Shown here: piece after piece, positions 1 to 12,559 of the stretch
Numbering within the stretch: position 1 is the first letter of the stretch
Layout: each line of letters starts with the position of its first letter
Assembly: GCA_950097015.1 (NCBI GenBank)
Contig: CATNEN010000034.1
Span: forward strand, 1,488,001 to 1,552,000
DNA length: 64,000 nucleotides
DNA from: Macrostomum hystrix
Taxonomy: Eukaryota > Animalia > Platyhelminthes
Reading direction: 5' to 3'
The notes under the pieces: generated by a model
What the model was told of the DNA's origin: nothing
The model's database searches: none
What the model saw: the letters and a program-made list of their open reading frames with translations, nothing else
Translations under genes and position numbers: made by a program

Positions 1-957
1 TGGTTCGAATTTCGAACTCCAACACGCGGCTTTTCTCCCCGACTCGCAATATTCGGCGACATGGGCATGGAGAATGCTCAGTCACTGCCGCGCCTCATGC
101 AGGACACCAGCAACGGCATGTACGATGCCATCCTTCACGTTGGCGACTTCGCCTACGATATGCAAGAGCAGAACGGGACCACGGGCGATCAGTTTATGCA
201 GATGATCCAGCCGATTGCAGCCCGTCTGCCTTACATGACTTGCGTTGGCAATCACGAATTTATGTACAACTTCTCGCACTACAAGAACCGCTTCACAATG
301 CCTAAAGGTTTCGGTGGAGACGGCGAAAGTATGTTCTATTCATTCGATCTCGGCCCTGCTCACATAATTGGCATCAGTTCCGAGTTTTACTTCTACGTGG
401 AGTACGGCGTCGACCAGTTGAAATCGCAGTACAACTGGCTGGTGGCAGATCTGGAGCGCGCCAGCAAAAACCGAGCCGCCCGGCCGTGGATCATCCTCAT
501 GGGCCACAGGCCAATGTACTGCTCCAACGATGACGGCGACGACTGCACTTTTGGAGCGCTGTTCATGCGCGAAGGCTTCCTGGCGCATTGGTATCCGTTG
601 GAGCCGCTGTTGCAGAAATATGGCGTCGATGTTGCCCTGTGGGCGCATGAGCACACTTACGAGAGAATGTGGCCGGTGACTCGCCTCGAAATTCGCAACG
701 GAAGCTGGGTGGCGCCCTACACCGAGCCTCGCGGCACCGTGCACATTGTCACCGGGTCAGCCGGCTGCCGGGAGCGTCACGACACCTTCGGGTCGGCTAT
801 GTACTATTCAGCATTCCGCAGTACCGACTATGGCTACACTCGCATGCAGATCTTTAACGCTACGCACCTTAGCCTGGAACAGGTCAGCGACGATCAACAG
901 GGTCGTATTATTGACCGCGTCACCATTGTGCAGCACAACCATGGACCATTTCCCTAG
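1..957 (+). CDS. ACP7: Iron/zinc purple acid phosphatase-like protein (ACP7/PAPL family), 5'-truncated by window edge, intronless over the visible part
   Basis: Frame is open from base 1 (WFEFRTPTRGFSPRLAIFGDMG...). All five PAP metal-ligand motifs are present in order: GDMG, GDFAY, GNHE, MGHRP, AHEH. C-terminal YGYTRMQIFNATHL is typical. Stop TAG ends at 957. Confidence 0.93.
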   Translation, partial: WFEFRTPTRGFSPRLAIFGDMGMENAQSLPRLMQDTSNGMYDAILHVGDFAYDMQEQNGTTGDQFMQMIQPIAARLPYMTCVGNHEFMYNFSHYKNRFTMPKGFGGDGESMFYSFDLGPAHIIGISSEFYFYVEYGVDQLKSQYNWLVADLERASKNRAARPWIILMGHRPMYCSNDDGDDCTFGALFMREGFLAHWYPLEPLLQKYGVDVALWAHEHTYERMWPVTRLEIRNGSWVAPYTEPRGTVHIVTGSAGCRERHDTFGSAMYYSAFRSTDYGYTRMQIFNATHLSLEQVSDDQQGRIIDRVTIVQHNHGPFP

Positions 958-1491
958 GTTCCGGTTGAAAAATAGAAAAATTTTATCAGTCCATACGAGT
1001 TAGCTGACCGAGTTTAATCTCGAATTTAAAATATCCTATTCAATCTCGTATTCTATTTGAATATTTTTTCCGTTGAGTCAATTCAAGTTCCAAAGAGTTT
1101 TCATGAAATTTCAAGTCAAAACTGCATGATACAAAACCAGAGATTCACAACCTTTCTCTGTTCTATTTTCTTTTTAACAAACATTAGGTAGTCCATATCT
1201 TCTTAATCGAACTATAAATTATCGATAGAGTTGATTGTCTGACACTTCCAGCTTCTAGTATTTGATAGTTTCGTACAGTCCTATATATAGGATGAATCGC
1301 TTAATAACTGTTTAGTGATTTGCGATTTCTCTTGCTTTTAATTGATTTGGCGTACTAGTTACGCGAATAAATTCTCATCTAATTGAATCGATTTTATTGG
1401 CTAAGATTTTTTGTATTTTTCACATCATTTTCAGTTCTCAAAGTAAACCTTGTCTTGACATTGTTGGTGCCATTGAACTGTCTAAATTAAT

Positions 1492-1690
1492 CTTAGTGGT
1501 TACCTTAGTGGTTAGAACCTCTTACATAAAGGTCGTAGGTTAGATTCCCCACCCCTCTGTATCAGTTTGTGTCCTTAAGGAAGACACTTCACTCTACATT
1601 GTTTTATTCATGCAGTTGCTAAATGGGTACCAGCACTAGCTAGTATACGGTCCGAGGTTGAGCACTGTTTGTCCATGGACTGGGGGAACA
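1492..1690 (+). mobile_element. tRNA-derived SINE with CORE-like central domain (degenerate copy)
   Basis: A-box-like TAGTGGTTAG and B-box-like GGTTAGATTCC, then GTGTCCTTAAGGAAGACACTT...TAAATGGGTACCAGC, which resembles the MIR CORE consensus as I recall it. The same block recurs at 1700-1875(-) and 60173-60310(+). Confidence 0.55.
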
Positions 1691-1699
1691 CCACACCCA

Positions 1700-1875
1700 C
1701 CCTGAATTACCCCAACTGATGCTGGAACCCATTTAACAGCTGGGTGAACTGAAGCAAAGCAGAGTCAAGTGTCTTACTAAAGGACAAAAATGTTTCCAGT
1801 ACTGTTGAGAATCGAGCGCCTGACCTTCAAGTCGTTAATTCGACGCTCAAACCACTAGCTAGGCTACAACCCCGC
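1700..1875 (-). mobile_element. Second copy of the CORE-like tRNA-SINE, inverted relative to the neighbouring copy
   Basis: Reverse complement reads ...TAGTGGTTTGAGCG...CTCGATTCTCAAC...GTCCTTTAGTAAGACACTT...AGTTCACCCAGCTGTTAAATGGGTTCCAGCATCAGTTGGGGTAATTC, closely matching the copy at 60173-60310. Confidence 0.6.
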
Positions 1876-3784
1876 ACTGCAGTGAAGTAGCTGATTGACC
1901 CAATCCAGCCAAAGTCGTCGAAATGAAATTGTCCTTGCTTGTTTGTTAAACTGCATCTACTAGATAGTGACTACTGGTGTGATTACTGAATAGCAAGCGA
2001 ACAGCAAAATTTTTATGTCTAACACAATGGGAGCGGCGGCCCGCTCCCCAGTCAACGGACTTTGGAAGCGCCGTGCATACGCTGCGGTTGTGTTGCGTAT
2101 GGCTAGATGTAATTTCTTCTATCCATCTAATTTCCTATATAATTTATCTCGCATACGTGTCTGTCAAAGGAGACAGGAGTTGGACAAGGATAAGCTCGTA
2201 AATCCTTTTTTACCCCACCTGCTGTTCTGGTTCTCAAACATCTTCACAACTGGCCAAGAAGCAGAGAGCGCTGGGGAAATGTGTACTGATTGCATCGTGT
2301 AATGTACATCATTGCCTATGGGATTGAGATTGATGCGTTGGTTACAGGGAAGAATTTCCTCAAGTGGCTTGTGAACCGTTCTGCACTGCAGATCCCCTTC
2401 CTGTACTGGAAGGCGCGGCTCCTTCTGGATTCCCACCCCCCCAGAAATCAATGGTGTGAAATAGCAGCTCAAAGTTGAGGCTAGGCAGACCTCCTGCAGC
2501 TGTTGTGTGCGTGAGGGACTGCTCAGTAAATAATGCATTGTGGGAATGGCAATGGGGCCGTACGTGCCCGCATGTGCCCCGCGCTCTATCTAAAGTTATC
2601 GATCCAAAGTCGTTGTCCCTCAAAAATCCCATTTTCTCATCCGAGCCTTAATCAAATTAAAATTAATGAAATACCGATTTCTCATCAGATTCTTTATCGG
2701 ATTCTTGAAAAAATAATTTTATAGTACACACTGACCAACCATTGGAACATATTTTCTTACAATTTTCTAAGCTTTAAAAGTTCCTAACAGTTAAAAGTAT
2801 CAAGTAGGTAGTCACTGGCGGCGTGGCTCAGGCGAAACGAAAACATTGCAGGTTGAAAATCCCACCTCCTACTGAAACGGTATATTTTGCCTCATGAACT
2901 ATGCATGAGCTTAAATTGGAATTTGGAAAGGCACTTCAGCTTAGTTGGAGTCCAGACTCGAGCTCCATGTCCAAGCTTTATTTACTCAGCTTGTGTGGGT
3001 TCCTCACTTTAGTCTGCTTTTCAAACTCAGCTAATATTAGGTGCAAACTGGCTGGCCAAGAATAATAGTGCGCACAGACTGTACACTGTACTCATTTGCC
3101 CTCCAATTTCGTCGAATGGGTTGTTGGTTTTGGGGGTGGAGTTGGGGGACTATACTCAGGCTGAAACTTCATGCAATAGCAAACCCGCCAACCCACTGCC
3201 CTTCATCCCAGAGAAGAGTCCCGATGTGTGGGTTGGGTTGGCTCTGAGCGCACATTCTGATACACACACACACACGCACACACACACGCACACATGCAGT
3301 TTTTATTCCATTCCACTTAAACGCCCTCCTCTCAAAATTGAGGCAAGGAGGCAGGGGCACAGATAATATATAACTATTAGTTATATATTATATACACAGT
3401 TATATAGTTATATATTATCTATTTTTACACAGTTATATATTATCTGTGGGCAGGGGTCATTATATAAAAAGCCCTCAAAAAAGCTCACGAGGTCGACCGC
3501 CAGCCCAGCCCAGCCTCGCCACCCCACAAAAATCTGCCAACCCACCCCCTCCGCGCTTGATTGGCTAAAGCCAGTTTCAGCGCGCTATTTTTTCAACCGC
3601 AAGTCTCAAAACCAAATGGGGACATTTTAAGGCACGTAGAATATGCTCCCAATGTAGTCCCAAAACTGTAAATTATTAGAAAAATTACGCAGAGAAGCAG
3701 ACGACTTACCATAGAAACTAAAGTTTGAAAAGAACTTGAAAGCTAGCGACGGACGGCCAGCAACGCATCGCCGTGGGGGGCATC

Positions 3785-6700
3785 ATGATGCAACAGCGGG
3801 CCCACTCGTGGGCGGCATCCACATCGTTCTACGTCGGCGCCGCTAACGACGACGAGACTAGTTCGTCGACTAATTTCCGCTGTCCGCAGGCTGGGCGATG
3901 GCAGCTGCACAGGGCAGCCCTGCTCCTGCTGAGCTTGCTGTTGCTGGGCGGTGGCGCTGTGGGCAGCAGCTTTCTACTGCGCAGCCTGAGGTCCTGGCCC
4001 GACCAGGCCGTCAGTGTGGCGCACAGGCAGGGGACAGGAACGAAGGCTTCCAGTTCTAGTGCTACAAACGATCCGACTGACAGGACAAATGATGATAGAC
4101 GAAATTATCTGACCTCTAATCTGAGTCTGCTGATTGCTGGTCGCTGGTCAACTGAGGCCAGGTTTCACCGTAAGTTTGCATGAAGTTTGCACTTCCGGTA
4201 TTGTGCCTTTGCGCACCCTGCTGTGCATGCTTTGGTGGCTTGAGCAGCCACCGATTCACCAGTTCTCTGGTAGGGATTCTTTGATGAAGTCAGACACTGA
4301 TTCACCTGTTCTCTGGTTGGGATTCTGTGATGAACTCAGCCACCGTTTCACCTGTTCTCTGATTGGTGTTCCGGAATTTTCCGGAAGTCAAGTTGAATTT
4401 TCCATAGAAATAATATGTACAGTCGTCAATCACCCGTTTTTTCAGCCGTGTCATTTCAATCCCCGCTGGCCATTCTAAACGACACTGTCTATTGCGACAG
4501 GCCCTCACCTGGAGATGTCAGTCTGGTTTACACTGATCCCACATGGCTCTGTAAGAACATTCGGTGAGTGGCTAAGCCTAAAAATTGTGATAATTCAATT
4601 CTAAAAGTCAGTCAAGGCATTACGAGCTCCGCCGTACCTTGTTTATCAATCAACACAAAATTTTATAACATTGAAAAACGTTTATCGTATTTTTGGCGCT
4701 AATTCAAACAGTGCGTGACGTAATCTCCATTTCAAATTGAAATTTTCCGGTATTATTCAAATTGACTAGACAGCATTGGGAGTGCCTAGACAGCATTGGG
4801 AGTGCCTAGACAGCATTGGGAGTGACTAGACAGCATTGGGAGTGACTAGACAGCATTGGGAGTGACTAGACAGCATTGGGAGTGACTAGACAGCATTGGG
4901 AGTGACTTTTATGCTTGTAAAATAAAAGTTTCTGAATTTTTTTGCTTGAAAGCGGGTAATTTTTTTCACTAAGAGAATAGCGAAAAGTTCAACTGAAAAA
5001 GAATAAATTAAGAATCAAACAGAAATTACTTTCATTATTGCATTCGCTTTGGCCTCTCCCTCTCTCTTTCGCCTCGTTGCCATTGTTCCATGGATTAATT
5101 TCCGTTTATTTCGCGCTTCATTATTCTCTTCCGTTCCCCTTTTCTCCTCCAATCCAACTTTTCTATATGCCAGTTGGTCCCCAACGGCCACCCCAGGCTG
5201 TCCACAGGCTGATCCAGTTTCATTAGGGCATCCCTGGGTTTCCTGGATCGAAGAATGAGCTCTGAGTCCTATTGACTTTGGCCCGCGGGCTGTTGAGCAT
5301 GTGCTCAGAGCTCGTACCATCGCTTCCTTTTTGTGCCACCCTCCAACCGCATTTTCCTCTTCTCGCCCTTCGCTGCGGCTCGCCAACGAACAGTTTTTTT
5401 TGCGAAGGGCATCGGATAGCCCAGCAGATAAACTCTGCATTGGCTGGGGGGCGGCTTGCCGAATCGGACTTTGATGTCTCGATTTTATTGAATTCCTAAA
5501 TCTCACAGTGGCCTGAATCGTGGGTGCGGCCACAGATTTTTTTGTATTGCATCGAGCTGAGCTCCTTTCTCTAAAACTTGTTTGCTGCGGTTTGATTTAG
5601 TTCAAAGATTCAAGGTTGAGACAGCGGTTTTCTTAATCGCACTTAGTCTCCATATTACTCTCCCTCTCTTTCTCCTTCTCTTCTTCACCATCTCTTCCTC
5701 ACCCTCTCTTCCTCACCCTCTCTTTCTCACCATCTCTTTCTCACCCTCTCTTCCTCACCCTCTCTTTCTCCTTCTCTTCTTCACCATCTCTTCCTCACCC
5801 TCTCTTCCTCACCCTCTCTTTCTCACCATCTCTTTCTCACCCTCTCTTCCTCACCCTCTCTTTCTCACCATCTCTTTCTCACCCTCTCTTCCTCCTTCTC
5901 TTTCTCACCCTCTCTTCCTCACCCTCACTTTCTCACCCTCTCTTTCTCACCCTCTCTTCCTCACCCTCTCTTTCTCACCATCTCTTTCTCACCCTCTCTT
6001 CCTCCTTCTCTTTCTCACCCTCTCTTCCTCACCCTCACTTTCTCACCCTCTCTTTCTCACACTCTCTTCCTCACCCTCTCTTCCTCACCCTCTCTTTCTC
6101 TCCCTCTCTTTCTCCTTCTCTTCCTCACCCTCTCTTCCTCACACTCTCTTCCTCACCCTCTCTTCCTCACCCTCTCTTCCTCACCCTCTCTTTCTCACCC
6201 TCTTTCTCATTATCTCTTTCTCTCCCTCTCTTTCTCCTTCTCTTTCTTACCCTCTCTTCCTCACCCTCTCTTTCTCACCCTCTCTTTCTCCTTCTCTTCC
6301 TCACCCTCTCTTCCTCACCCTCTCTTTCTCACCCTCTCTTTCCTACCCTCTCTTTCTCCTTCTCCTCCTCACCCTCTCTTTCTCACCCTCTTTCTCATCA
6401 TCTCTTTCTCTCACTCTCTCTTCCTCCTCCTCTTTCTCACCCTCTCTTTCTCACCCTCTTTCTCATCATCTCTTTCTCTCCCTCTCTTTCTCACCCTCTC
6501 TTCCTCACCCTCTCTTTCTCACCCTCTCTTTCTCACCCTCTTTCTCATCATCTCTTTCTCTCCATCTCTTTCTCCTTCTCTTCCTCACCCTCTCTTCCTC
6601 ACCCTCTCTTTCTCACACTCTCTTCCTCACCCTCTCTTTCTCACCCTCTCTTCCTCACCCTCTCTTTCTCACCCTCTCTTTCTCACCCTCTTTCTCATCA

Positions 6701-9700
6701 TCTCTTTCTCTCCATCTCTTTCTCCTTCTCTTCCTCACCCTCTCTTCCTCATACTCTCTTCCTCACCCTCTCTTCCTCACCCTCTCTTCCTCACCCTCTC
6801 TTTCTCACCCTCTCTTTCTCACCCTCTTTCTCATCATCTCTTTCTCTCCCTCTCTTTCTCTTTCTCTTTCTTAGCCTCTCTTCTTCACCTTCTCTTCCTC
6901 ACCCTCTCTTCCTCACCCTCTCTTTCTCACCCTCTCTTTCTCCTTCTCCTCCTCACCCTCTCTTTCTCACCCTCTCTTTCTCCTTCTCCTCCTCACCCTC
7001 TCTTTCTCACCCTCTTTCTAATCATCTCTTTCTCTCCCTCTCTTCCTCCTTCTCTTTCTCACCCTCTCTTCCTCACACTCTCTTTCTCACCCTCTTTGTC
7101 ATCATCTCTTTCTCTCACTCTCTCTTCCTCCTCCCCTTTCTCACCCTCTCTTCCTCACCCTCTCTTTCTCACACTCTCTTCCTCACCCTCTCTTTCTCAC
7201 CCTCTCTTCCTCACCCTCTCTTTCTCACCCTCTCTTTCTCCTTCTCCTCCTCACCCTCTCTTTCTCACCCTCTCTTTCTCCTTCTCCTCCTCACCCTCTC
7301 TTTCTCACCCTCTTTCTAATCATCTCTTTCTCTCCCTCTCTTCCTCCTTCTCTTTCTCACCCTCTCTTCCTCACACTCTCTTTCTCACCCTCTTTGTCAT
7401 CATCTCTTTCTCTCACTCTCTCTTCCTCCTCCCCTTTCTCACCCTCTCTTCCTCACCCTCTCTTTCTCACCCTCTCTTTCTCACCCTCTTTCTCATCATC
7501 TCTTTCTCTCCATCTCTTTCTCCTTCTCTTCCTCACCCTCTCTTCCTCACACTCTCTTCCTCACCCTCTCTTCCTCACCCTCTCTTCCTCACCCTCTCTT
7601 CCTCACCCTCTCTTCCTCACCCTCTCTTTCTCACCCTCTTTCTCATCATCTCTTTCTCTCCCTCTCTTCCTTCTTCTCTTTCTCACCCTCTCTTCCTCAC
7701 CCTCTCTTTCTCACCCTCTCTTCCTCCTTCTCTTTCTCACCCTCTCTTCCTCACCCTCTCTTTCTCACCCTCTCTTTCTCCTTCTCTTCCTCACCCTCTC
7801 TTCCTCACCCTCTCTTTCTCACCCTCTTTCTCATCATCTCTTTCTCTCCCTCTCTTCCTTCTTCTCTTTCTCACCCTCTCTTCCTCACCCTCTCTTTCTC
7901 ACCCTCTCTTCCTCCTTCTCTTTCTCACCCTCTCTTCCTCACCCTCTCTTTCTCACCCTCTCTTTCTCCTTCTCTTCCTCACCCTCTCTTCCTCACCCTC
8001 TCTTTCTCACCCTCTTTCTCATCATCTCTTTCTCTCCCTCTCTTTCTCCTTCTCTTTCTTACCCTCTCTTCCTCACCCTCTCTTTCTCATTATCTCTTTC
8101 TCTCCCTTCTCTATCTGACCATCTCTTTCTCTCCCTTCTCTTTCTCTCCCTATCTTTTTTCCTCTATTTTCACCCTAAATTTCTACCTCTCTGTCTTTTA
8201 GCAATCATTTCGGACTTTCACAATGTCTAACTTGTCTCGCATTTTCTCCGTCGCTTCTCTTTAGATTTTCTTAAACAGATCAACCAGCGAGTCAAATGTT
8301 GCACGCACTTTAATCTATAGCCGAGCGGAAAAGAAATACTGAAATTAAGGGTATTTAAGGTTCATTATGATTACGCTCCAGTTTTTGCCCTTTGCCAGCA
8401 GGACTAATGCTGTAATCAGCTATAGCGGATTGCACAGCAGTTGCTATGCCAAGCTGGCCTAGTGTTTATTGATAGGAACACAGTGGTTGATTTGCTAGTC
8501 AGATACTAAGTGCGCAATTAGATAAGGCCGGTGAAAGTTGGTAGAAATTTATTTTCTACTAACTTTAGATACCAAGGTATAAAACTGACAGATACCAAGG
8601 TTTAACACTGACAGATACCAAGGTACAACACTGACAGATACCAAGGTACAACACTGACAGATACCAAGGTACAACACTGACAGATACCAAGGTACAACAC
8701 TGACAGATACCAAGGTACAACACTGACAGATACCAAGGTGTAACACTGACAGATACCAAGGTATAACAATGGCAGATCCCAAGGTACAACACTGACAGAT
8801 ACCAAGGTACAACACTGACAGATACCAAGATACAACACTGACAGATACCAAGGTACAAAACTGACAGATACCAAGGTATAACACTGACAGATACCAAGGT
8901 ACAACACTGACAGATACCAAGGTATAACACTGACAGATACCAAGGTACAAAACTGACAGATACCAAGGTATAACACTGACAGATACCAAGGTACAACAAT
9001 ACCCTTCCTTACTTATTCTCCTCAATATTTTCCTTTGCCGCAGAGTCGGCGAATCCCACCGGCTGCCATTCAGCGACGCCACCAGCAGCCCGCTGGAGGA
9101 GCTGCTGCTTAGCCGGCACGAAGAGATGCACGGCGTCTGGCCCACCGTGGGCGACTCCTGCGGCCGACTGCCCGACAGGCGGAACAATGTGCTGCTGCTG
9201 TGCGAGCTGATGCTGGCTCAAGAGGCGCGACTGTCTGGAGGCCCGCGACACTGGCGGGGCGACTTTCGCACTTCGTCTGTTCACGTGAGGGACAGGACAG
9301 GTTTTGGTGTACTTTTAATGCAATCAGTGTACAAATTGTGTGTGTGTGTGTGTGTGTGCATTAGATACACTCAGTGCATTACCAATTGTACAGTGTGTGT
9401 GCATTAGATTCACTCAGTGCATTACCAATTGTACAGTGTGTGCATTAGATACACTCAGTGCATTACCAATTGTACAGTGTGTGTGCATTGGATACACTCA
9501 GTGCATTACCAATTGTACAGTGTGTGTGCATTAGATACACTCAGTGCATTACCAATTGTACAGTGTGTGTGCATTAGATACACTCAGTGCATTACCAATT
9601 GTACAGTGTGTGTGCATTAGATACACTCAGTGCATTACCAATTGTACAGTGTGTGTGCATTAGATACACTCAGTGCATTACCAATTGTACAGTGTGTGTG

Positions 9701-10424
9701 CATTAGATACACTCAGTGCATTACCAATTGTACAGTGTGTGTGCATTAGATACACTCAGTGCATTACCAATTGTACAGTGTGTGTGCATTAGATACACTC
9801 AGTGCATTACCAATTGTACAGTGTGTGTGCATTAGATACACTCAGTGCATTACCAATTGTACAGTGTGTGTGCATTAGATACACTCAGTGCATTACCAAT
9901 TGTACAGTGTGTGTGCATTAGATACACTCAGTGCATTACCAATTGTACAGTGTGTGTGCATTAGATACACTCAGTGCATTACCAATTGTACAGTGTGTGT
10001 GCATTAGATACACTCAGTGCATTAACAATTGTACAGTGTGTGTGCATTAGATACACTCAGTGCATTACCAATTGTACAGTGTGTGTGCATTAGATACACT
10101 CAGTGCATTACCAATTGTACAGTGTGTGTGCATTAGATACACTCAGTGCATTAACAATTGTACAGTGTGTGTGCATTAGATACACTCAGTGCATTACCAA
10201 TTGTACAGTGTGTGTGCATTAGATACACTCAGTGCATTAACAATTGTACAGTGTGTACAAATTAGCCATTTCTATATCTCCAGATTCCCTATGGAAACTG
10301 TTCCCTGCCGCAGCGGAAGCGCATGATCTTGGTGGGCATGACAACGCGCGACGCCGTTTGGTACACGGAGAAGTTGTTGAAACCAGGCTTTGTCACAGAT
10401 ATTTACTGCTCGTTCACTGGCTGA
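3785..10424 (+). CDS. Orphan type II single-pass membrane protein, ~228 aa, 4 exons (3785-4026, 4501-4563, 9044-9284, 10284-10424)
   Basis: Hydrophobic segment AALLLLSLLLLGGGAVGSSFLL follows a short N-terminus. Exon phases 2/2/0 join into one open frame ending ...FVTDIYCSFTG*. Acceptors are gacag, ccgcag and ctccag; donors are gtgagt and gtgagg. The first donor must be GC (CAG/gcaggg at 4027) or the weaker AG/gtttca at 4162. No family recognised. Confidence 0.55.
4764..4906. repeat. 20-bp minisatellite GACTAGACAGCATTGGGAGT, ~7 copies
   Basis: Direct tandem copies read from the sequence. Confidence 0.95.
5655..8165. repeat. ~2.5-kb polypyrimidine (CT-rich) compound satellite of 14-16-bp units (TCTCTTCCTCACCC / TCTCTTTCTCACCC)
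   Basis: Almost G-free plus strand. Internal ~298-bp duplication (identical ORF starts at 7096 and 7394). Confidence 0.95.
8567..8997. repeat. 23-bp minisatellite ACTGACAGATACCAAGGTACAAC, ~18 copies
   Basis: Direct tandem copies ending just upstream of the acceptor at 9043. Confidence 0.95.
9358..10256. repeat. 43-bp minisatellite GCATTAGATACACTCAGTGCATTACCAATTGTACAGTGTGTGT, ~21 copies
   Basis: Near-perfect tandem array filling most of intron 9285-10283. Confidence 0.95.
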
Positions 10425-10783
10425 CCCTGAATTTGAGACAGACCTCGTTCATCTTCTAGAGCTTATGTACATTCAGAAAGATAGTACAATAGTGCTGATA
10501 GTACGTCAGATAGTGCTGACGTTAGTACAATGTCCCTATCTCTATAGCCTTGTACACTTGTACACAGCAACAGAACTGATTTCGCATTCCCCCTGCAGCT
10601 AAAAAATATGAGGAATTTAAACCAGAACCTAAAAATTATTAGGAAATGCAATAATGTCCAAGCTTCTATTTATTGATGTCTTTCTGTTTCTTCTGTCTAT
10701 TGGCAAACTTCGGTATTTCGCTATGTTGCCTAATGACTGTTATTACATTAGAATTCCGAATAATGATTTTAGTGAAAAAAATT

Positions 10784-10926
10784 CATGATTCGCCCATTTC
10801 CCCGAATCTCAGAATTCCATGATTCGCCCATTTCCCCGAATCTCAGAATTCCATGATTCGCCCATTTCCCCGAATCTCAGAATTCCATGATTCGCCCATT
10901 TCCCCGAATCTCAGAATTCCATGATT
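10784..10926. repeat. 34-bp minisatellite CATGATTCGCCCATTTCCCCGAATCTCAGAATTC, ~4 copies
   Basis: Period of 34 (10784, 10818, ...). Confidence 0.9.
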
Positions 10927-11186
10927 CTTCGATTTCCAGACTAGTAGAATTTCATGACTTGTCGATGTCGATGTATACCGCGAGCATATAGAAGGTTATT
11001 GTTAAATTTTCCACACAGATGGTCATTTTATAGGCTACAAGCCAATACCTTTGTGATTTGAGCAAACGTGACTTTGTTTTTCTGTCGTCAAATGTTTCTG
11101 TTCAAGCAGTTTTACTGGCACAGCAGGCAAGCATTTTCCTATTGAAATCAGTTCCACAATATAAATTTGTTTTATCGATGAGCGCC

Positions 11187-11638
11187 GATGAGGGCTGTGG
11201 CTGATCTAGATGAGGGCTGTGGCTGTTCTAGATGAGGGCTGTGGCTGATCTAGATGAGGGCTGTGGCTGATCTAGATGAGGGCTGTGGCTGTTCTAGATG
11301 AGGGCTGTGGCTGATCTAGATGAGGGCTGTGGCTGATCTAGATGAGGGCTGTGGCTGATCTAGATGAGGGCTGTGGCTGATCTAGATGAGGGCTGTGGCT
11401 GATCTAGATGAGGGCTGTGGCTGATCTAGATGAGGGCTGTGGCTGATCTAGATGAGGGCTGTGGCTGATCTAGATGAGGGCTGTGGCTGATCTAGATGAG
11501 GGCTGTGGCTGATCTAGATGAGGGCTGTGGCTGATCTAGATGAGGGCTGTGGCTGATCTAGATGAGGGCTGTGGCTGATCTAGATGAGGGCTGTGGCTGA
11601 TCTAGATGAGGGCTGTGGCTGTTCTAGATGAGGGCTGT
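11187..11638. repeat. 22-bp minisatellite GATGAGGGCTGTGGCTGATCTA, ~20 copies
   Basis: Direct tandem copies. Confidence 0.95.
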
Positions 11639-12559
11639 AGAGATGTGGGGCCAATCATGATATATAGAATTCACAACAGAAGTGGCATTATAGGGAACTT
11701 CACTCTAGATGAGCTGCTGTATACCTCTTGGCAAACAAAAGGCAGGCCAAACGGAGAAACTTGAGAGGGCCGTGAGCCTCCCTATTTGGAAGTTGTCTGG
11801 AAGAAAGCGGATTAGGCAAGGCTTGAGTCCCTTCTCAGCATTTGTTGGGTTAGGGGACAGGGGACAGACGAGAAGGAAGCAAGTGGAAGGTAAGGATAAG
11901 AAAATGCTGCATTGGGGACTGGCAGCTTCAATTCTGCTGGAGGAGAAGCGAGACAAGGAAAATCGATTTGCCAGTGCAAACAAAGCCTTGTGTGTGTGTT
12001 TGTGTGAGTGTGAGTGTGAGTGTGTTGGCGGATAAGGGAGAAATGGGACCCGTGAGAGGATAGTGCAGCTCCCGGGCTGTCAGCCTAATCCCATGCGCAT
12101 GCTGGAGAAGATGTATCAGCAAATAAGGCCGCTTCTGCATCCTTACCTGTCAACAGCTGGCAACGCCTAGCAACTTCTTACTTAGCATGCTTAAAGCTAG
12201 ACTAGCAGCTCATCTGGTTCAGCTCAGCTGAGCACTGCCTGTTGGTGGTGTTCCGTGCATCTTTCACTAGGGAGGTTTTCATCGACATTCACTACTGGCA
12301 AGTAGGCCTCTAAGCATTTTTGGCAAACAAATGAAAATATTTTTGTTAGACTTTACGCGCTACTACATTATAGTAGTAATATGCGCAGTACTAGAGAAAT
12401 GCAATGGTAAAACAAAAATAATTAAAGTTTTTTTTAAAACTCCGCTCGCAGTTCTTTAAATAATGCTATTTTTTCCACAAATTTCGCATTTGTCAATGTC
12501 CATCAATCGGATTTGATAAACGTTATCGATCTTCTGACTCACTGCCCGTCACGGTCACT

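Noticed and set aside
2015-2724. Short overlapping ORFs in a moderately GC-rich patch
   Set aside because: No recognisable motif, no consistent splice signals; possibly a decayed repeat.
3700-3720. Minus-strand CTATG/GTAAGT as a spliced-leader RNA gene or first exon of a divergent gene
   Set aside because: No convincing Sm site or SL stem-loops, and no recognisable downstream coding exon.
5015-5533. 172-aa minus-strand ORF
   Set aside because: Low-complexity, charge-biased translation of a purine-rich strand inside an intron; no motif.
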